Of a DNA stretch of 64,000 bases, positions 59,953-64,000 are shown in pieces (within the stretch, counting starts at the first letter, position 1; every line of letters begins with the position of its first letter). The DNA comes from a virus (taxonomy: Duplodnaviria; Caudoviricetes), in the IMG/VR virus record IMGVR_UViG_3300035182_002389, positions 138,519 through 202,518 of that record. One strand, written 5' to 3'. Both the position numbers and the translations under genes were made by a program. The notes beneath the pieces are model-generated. The model did not search any database. It was not told the DNA's origin and was given only the letters and a program-made list of their open reading frames with translations.

Positions 59953-60005
59953 GGCTGAAGAATACACGAGGCCGACGAGCTACGCGAGCGTAAGCCGAAG
60001 ACGAC

Positions 60006-60020
60006 GACTTTTCATAAGCC
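60006..60020. promoter_or_regulatory. Palindromic operator GACTT-TTCAT-AAGCC with embedded -35 (TTTTCA) 17 bp from TACACT
   Basis: TACACT at 60032-60037; upstream of 60070. Confidence 0.8.
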
Positions 60021-60069
60021 ACAGACGCGCGTACACTTGCCGGCAGACGTCTACACCGAGGAACAGCTC

Positions 60070-60624
60070 ATGCCCTTCTGCCCATCTTGCGGTAAGAATC
60101 ACGCCGCCGTTGGCGCTCTCGTCGGGGCGAACCCGTACCGCTCCAACGTGCAGAAGCTCCACACCGTCATGCAGCAGGTCATGCACCGAGCCAGCATCGG
60201 CGATCCCGGGACTCTCAGCGTCACACTGGCAAAGGCTCTCCCCCTCGCCAACGGCGGTCGCGGCAAGACGCAGAACGTGCAAGCGCTCGGCCCGCTCAAC
60301 CTCGTCGGGCTCCACATTGGAACCGCTGAAGGCGTGGCTAGTGGGCTCAAGGTCACGAGGGTCCAGATCGGCCGACACGACATCCTTCCAATGGATCAGT
60401 CGGGCCGACTCATCGACCCGAATCCTGCCAAGAAGAACGCCTTCGGCAACCAACCGATCATCGCCGGATGGGACATTGGCCAGACGATCCCGCTCGACCC
60501 TCAAGGGCTGATGTGGAAGGCCTCCACGCCCAGCGACTACGCCTACCAAGATCAGGTGCTCTGGATCACGTTCTGGAATCGGTCAGGACAAACGGTCACG
60601 CCAAACGGCATCGCCATCTACTGA
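60070..60624 (+). CDS. CxxC/VGA-leader protein with all-beta domain; candidate single-jelly-roll capsid-type protein
   Basis: MPFCPSC..AAVGALVGA; alternating beta-strand pattern (LSVTL, LNLVGLHI, LKVTRVQIG, LWITFWN); fold unverified. Confidence 0.4.
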   Translation: MPFCPSCGKNHAAVGALVGANPYRSNVQKLHTVMQQVMHRASIGDPGTLSVTLAKALPLANGGRGKTQNVQALGPLNLVGLHIGTAEGVASGLKVTRVQIGRHDILPMDQSGRLIDPNPAKKNAFGNQPIIAGWDIGQTIPLDPQGLMWKASTPSDYAYQDQVLWITFWNRSGQTVTPNGIAIY

Positions 60625-60637
60625 GACCACGAGCAAA

Positions 60638-60671
60638 GCCGCACTCCGCCTCCAAAGAGCGGAGCTGCGGC
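60638..60671. terminator. Hairpin between convergent genes
   Basis: GCCGCA-CTCCGC-loop-GCGGAG-C-TGCGGC. Confidence 0.6.
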
Positions 60672-60684
60672 CGTCCTCGTTCTT

Positions 60685-61842
60685 CTACACCGACTCCAGA
60701 AGCTCCACGACCTCTCCCAGTGTTACGCCGAGGTCCCTCGCCAGCTTCAGAAACGCCTCCACCTCCGGGGCCATGTGACGCTTTGCGGATAGCGTTGCTC
60801 GCGTCAGTCGAACCGTCGTCGCAATGCCCTCCGTCTCCGGCGGCGGCGAGGCCTTCGGAGGCTGAACGGAAGGTGCTGAGACCGGCAAGTCCTTGACCAT
60901 GGGAGCCAGACGTCCGGCACCAATGGACGGTGCGGACTGATTGCGAGACGTGTTCAAAGGATCCTCCTCATTCGTTGGCGTACCGCGAAGATTCAACTGT
61001 CCAATCGGCGGGGAAATATTACGGACCTTGGGAGGCCCCACGTCTCGGATCTCTGGAAACAGATCACAGAGGGCCGCGTAGTGCTCTTGCACCGGAACAG
61101 AACTTCCGGCCTCCCATGCGGTAACAGCCGTCCGGTTCAGACCGCGACCGATCAGTTCGCCCAGATCCTCCTGCGTCAAACCATGCTTTTCTCGCAGCGA
61201 TCGCAACGCATCCGCGAAACAGAGATCGACGAGGGCTCCGTGGACCTTAGAGATCGGCGGGGCGCGCGATTCCGAATGAACATCGCTCGCCAAAGGTGCC
61301 AAGCCGGGAAGAGGAACCTGAACGCTCTTTGGGGGGACGGGCCTGAGCCCAAAACCTGCGAGATCGTTCGCCACGCTCACTGCAACGCCCGCCGCCGCAC
61401 CAGCGAGGTCTGGAGTAATCGCGGCTCCTCGTTCGCCGACCATATCCAAAAGCTTCACAGCAATCTCGCCCGCCGCGTGACCGCCAACATTTCTGGCGAA
61501 GCGACGCGCCAGCTCTACGGTCTCTCCCTTTGCCGTGAAGATGGTCGGCATGGGCTCATTGGATGAAGAGGAGACCAACACCTTTCGGCGCGACGGGAAA
61601 AGATGAAGGTGGGCCTTGAGCTGCTTGAAGACGTGGAGGAGGCGCGATAGCTGAGGGCCTGTAGGCTCACGCTCTCCTTCCTCCCAACACCTCACATCAT
61701 CTTGCGAGGCTCTGGTCTTCTCCGCGAGCTTCTTGAACGAGGTTCCGCTTCTCTCTCGCTGTTCTCGTAACATGTCGCCAAACGTCTTTCGCTCAACACG
61801 AAAATCCGGCGGATCAACCACGCGAACATGTGCAGTGCCCAT
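60685..61842 (-). CDS. Transcriptional regulator with two XRE-family HTH domains
   Basis: FGDMLREQRERSGTSFKKLAE..WEEGEREP and FADALRSLREKHGLTQEDLGE..TAVTAWEAGSSVP. Confidence 0.85.
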   Translation of the reverse strand: MGTAHVRVVDPPDFRVERKTFGDMLREQRERSGTSFKKLAEKTRASQDDVRCWEEGEREPTGPQLSRLLHVFKQLKAHLHLFPSRRKVLVSSSSNEPMPTIFTAKGETVELARRFARNVGGHAAGEIAVKLLDMVGERGAAITPDLAGAAAGVAVSVANDLAGFGLRPVPPKSVQVPLPGLAPLASDVHSESRAPPISKVHGALVDLCFADALRSLREKHGLTQEDLGELIGRGLNRTAVTAWEAGSSVPVQEHYAALCDLFPEIRDVGPPKVRNISPPIGQLNLRGTPTNEEDPLNTSRNQSAPSIGAGRLAPMVKDLPVSAPSVQPPKASPPPETEGIATTVRLTRATLSAKRHMAPEVEAFLKLARDLGVTLGEVVELLESV

Positions 61843-61856
61843 CAGCCGACCTCCCG

Positions 61857-62399
61857 TCAGAAACCGATCAAGTCGTCTTCATCGCCTTCCACTTGGGGAA
61901 GCACCACGTCGCCCTCGTCGCCGTAGAGAGGCGTGCCGTGATCTGCGACCACCGCTCGATCGCGCAGCTCGAACCAGAACTCCCGCAGGCGCATCTGCTT
62001 GCGCTTGAGCATTCCTTCCCGTTCCAAGGGAACACCGGCCTGCCAGATCGCCAACCTCGACTCCTCGCGCGTCATTTGTCGCGTCTCCAGAAGGCGAGCC
62101 CCATGTACAACCACGGGGAAGCGGTAGTAGCGACGAAGAGCCGGCAGCAGATCGTTTCCAGGAATGTCGAGGGGATTGGCTCCCTTCAGGACCCTCTGAA
62201 TCCTCGTGCCAGGACGAAACGAACTTGTCTCGAACAGCGAGAGATACAGCCACTCCGACCTCAGAACAGGGCGCGCCAAATAACCACGAGTGTTTCGTCG
62301 CCCATCCGCAGCGCCTTCTGTCAAACGATCAGGGTCGGCAAAAAGATTGCGCAACTCCTCCAGGAGAGGCACGTACGACGGCAGAAGAGACTTCCTCAC
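61857..62399 (-). CDS. Hypothetical protein (180 aa)
   Basis: GTG start overlapping upstream stop; part of leftward operon. Confidence 0.55.
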   Translation of the reverse strand: MRKSLLPSYVPLLEELRNLFADPDRLTEGAADGRRNTRGYLARPVLRSEWLYLSLFETSSFRPGTRIQRVLKGANPLDIPGNDLLPALRRYYRFPVVVHGARLLETRQMTREESRLAIWQAGVPLEREGMLKRKQMRLREFWFELRDRAVVADHGTPLYGDEGDVVLPQVEGDEDDLIGF

Positions 62400-62668
62400 T
62401 TCCTCTTGCGCCCTTTCTTGCGCGCCTTACGGGCCGACTTGGCCCGAACCCGTTCTTCCGGGTCCGCATCGCCGTGACCAAACTGAGCGCGAAGCCACAC
62501 CTCTCTTCGTTCAAAGGCCAACTCGGCCGCCGACTTGTGAGAAGTGTTCTTCGGAGAAGAAGGAAAGTTGTCATACGTCGCCGTCGCGGTCCAAACCTCG
62601 ATAACCTGTGGGGTCTGCGGCGTGATCGCGCCGTAAGGCAAAATCGTGTAGTCCCAGATTCGGTTCAC
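62396..62668 (-). CDS. Hypothetical protein with basic tail (90 aa)
   Basis: Coupled in leftward operon. Confidence 0.55.
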   Translation of the reverse strand: MNRIWDYTILPYGAITPQTPQVIEVWTATATYDNFPSSPKNTSHKSAAELAFERREVWLRAQFGHGDADPEERVRAKSARKARKKGRKRK

Positions 62669-62671
62669 GAC

Positions 62672-62950
62672 CTACCACCGTTTCTTCGCGAGCCATTCCG
62701 GGAAAAGCTGCTCGATTCGGCCCAAGACTCGAACACGCATCTCCAACTCGTCCGACAACAGGCCGTCGCGACGATTGCCGCGCATCGTCAAAATCCCACG
62801 ACGCCCATTCAGCTCGATCTCGTCACGAACCATTCGCAACACCACGTCCTTGCGCGTCGGGAGCGAGAGGCCGCTCCCGACGAGCAAGTAGGTGACGAGA
62901 TCGACAACATCGTCCGTCGTAAGACGATGTCGGATCTGCACCGTCAGCAT
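62672..62950 (-). CDS. Hypothetical protein (92 aa)
   Basis: GGAG upstream; leftward operon. Confidence 0.6.
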   Translation of the reverse strand: MLTVQIRHRLTTDDVVDLVTYLLVGSGLSLPTRKDVVLRMVRDEIELNGRRGILTMRGNRRDGLLSDELEMRVRVLGRIEQLFPEWLAKKRW

Positions 62951-62955
62951 GGCCG

Positions 62956-63699
62956 CTACGAACGCTCCGCGATCGCCTTGAAGAGACGCTTCACGAGCTT
63001 CTGCTGCGCGAAGAGGACCTTGAGGAGCTTCTCATCGAAGTTGATGCTGCTCGGAATCGGGGGCAGATCGATGATCTCGCTCTCCGCTTCCGGCCGAGCC
63101 CCGCCGCAAGACCCGCCTCCGTCACAAGCTCCGCCGCAGCCGGGCTGAACGACGCGAGACGTCTCCTCCGAGACCTTCGCCTGAGCGTCGGCGAGCGATC
63201 CGTGCTCCTTGAGCAGCTCGGTCACGGTCGCCGGAATCTGCTCGTACAGGCGAGCCTCCAGACCGAGCAGTCCGCCGATCTCCGACAGCAACGACTCGAA
63301 GTGATCGGAGCTTTTCGTCTCGTCCTTCAAGTGCTCCACGACTTCGGCCACTCGTTCCGGGAGCGCCATCACGGTCGCGTAGTCGGGCGTCAAGCCGAGT
63401 GCAGACGCGATCCGATCGAGAGCATTGCGGAACTTCAGCTCGGCGATCGTGCAGCGAACATCCCCCTCCACCATGTAGATGACCGCGTAGGCCTTGACGC
63501 CTTCGCCCTTGCTCACCGTGTCGACCGTCTCCTCCGCCTCGGCGCGCGTCGCGTACTTCACGATGCGCCCCATCTGCTCGACGGGGCTCCCGTTCGCTCG
63601 GCACACTGCCCACGCCACCGGCACCCGAAGCGCATCGCGATCTCCGATCGAACCACGCGGCTCGCTCGCCGACTCCGCGTCCGTCTTGTCGCTCTCCAT
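62956..63699 (-). CDS. Coiled-coil hypothetical protein (upstream TTG at 63765 possible)
   Basis: GGAGGG RBS before ATG 63699; repeated LGL..Y..xPxxVxEL segments. Confidence 0.65.
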   Translation of the reverse strand: MESDKTDAESASEPRGSIGDRDALRVPVAWAVCRANGSPVEQMGRIVKYATRAEAEETVDTVSKGEGVKAYAVIYMVEGDVRCTIAELKFRNALDRIASALGLTPDYATVMALPERVAEVVEHLKDETKSSDHFESLLSEIGGLLGLEARLYEQIPATVTELLKEHGSLADAQAKVSEETSRVVQPGCGGACDGGGSCGGARPEAESEIIDLPPIPSSINFDEKLLKVLFAQQKLVKRLFKAIAERS

Positions 63700-63717
63700 C
63701 TCGCCCTCCGCTGCCAG

Positions 63718-63732
63718 AACTTGCCGTAAGCC
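63718..63732. promoter_or_regulatory. Near-match operator AACTT-GCCGT-AAGCC in leader of leftward operon
   Basis: One mismatch to consensus. Confidence 0.45.
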
Positions 63733-63795
63733 GAACCGCAAGACCTTTCCCGCAATCCGCGCCAACGAACCATAAGAACTCGCCCTAGAAAGGAA

Positions 63796-63833
63796 ACCAT
63801 ATCAACAAAGACGGTTCGTGTCAACATTGACAC
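63796..63833 (-). promoter_or_regulatory. Sigma70-type promoter TTGACA-17-TATGGT, with -35 inside palindrome GTGTCAA-CA-TTGACAC
   Basis: -35 at 63824-63819, -10 at 63801-63796, exact 17-bp spacer; palindrome 63818-63833. Confidence 0.75.
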
Positions 63834-64000
63834 GACCGCTGAACGGAAGGGCAGATGAACCGCGAGCCGTCGGAGGCAGCCACCCCCACCGCCGCCCCAT
63901 CCTTATCCCCCATCGTCTCCCCCTCGACCTCCTCGCCAGGTCCAGCATCCCCGCCAACATCCGGTCCAGGCAGCCCTTGTCGCGATCGTGGTGAGGCCGA

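Larger units (their letters stand above)
1..64000. mobile_element. Segment of a large bacterial virus / virus-like element, probably tailless and membrane-containing; ends not in window
   Basis: ~100 mostly hypothetical short ORFs, lysins, fibre/spike module, lone tRNA, H1-like proteins, no housekeeping operon; no Caudoviricetes head/tail hallmark genes recognised. Confidence 0.75.

Noticed and set aside
63558-63833. 91-aa - strand ORF at the window end
   Set aside because: Overlaps the promoter and the real 62956-63699 gene out of frame; Arg-rich shadow composition
1-64000. Reverse transcriptase/DGR, integrase, DNA polymerase, packaging ATPase, known defence systems
   Set aside because: No YxDD RT motif, recombinase, polymerase motifs or second Walker-A ATPase recognised; the only P-loop seen is RadA's

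Overview
The window is a gene-dense, high-GC (roughly two-thirds G+C by eye) stretch of a large bacterial virus-like element. It holds about 100 mostly short, mostly + strand genes in tightly coupled operons, one tRNA-Gln(TTG) and no host housekeeping operon. It has cell-wall enzymes (SLT, GH25, GH73-like, SGNH esterases, PG-binding proteins), a fibre/spike module (collagen, Gly-rich, tandem beta-rich paralogs, 29.5-44.2 kb), four histone-H1-like K/A-rich proteins, a SET-domain protein, a minimal kinase, a truncated RadA/Sms, an ECF sigma factor and a double-XRE regulator. I recognised no terminase, portal, HK97 capsid, tail sheath/tube or integrase. Instead about 35-40 genes encode single-pass membrane proteins with one shared Gly-rich anchor, and many carry an RPxL...(V/T)G(A/G) leader. 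This suggests (inference) a large tailless, membrane-containing virus, possibly of a myxobacterial host. The strongest sequence-level discovery is a 15-bp palindrome, G(G/A)CTT-N5-AAG(C/T)C, found by eye 14 times exactly (plus 2 near matches), each time just upstream of a gene start, and in three cases superimposed on a -35 box 17 bp from a TAnnnT -10 box. About a dozen genes also look leaderless. All family names come from motif recognition, not database searches.
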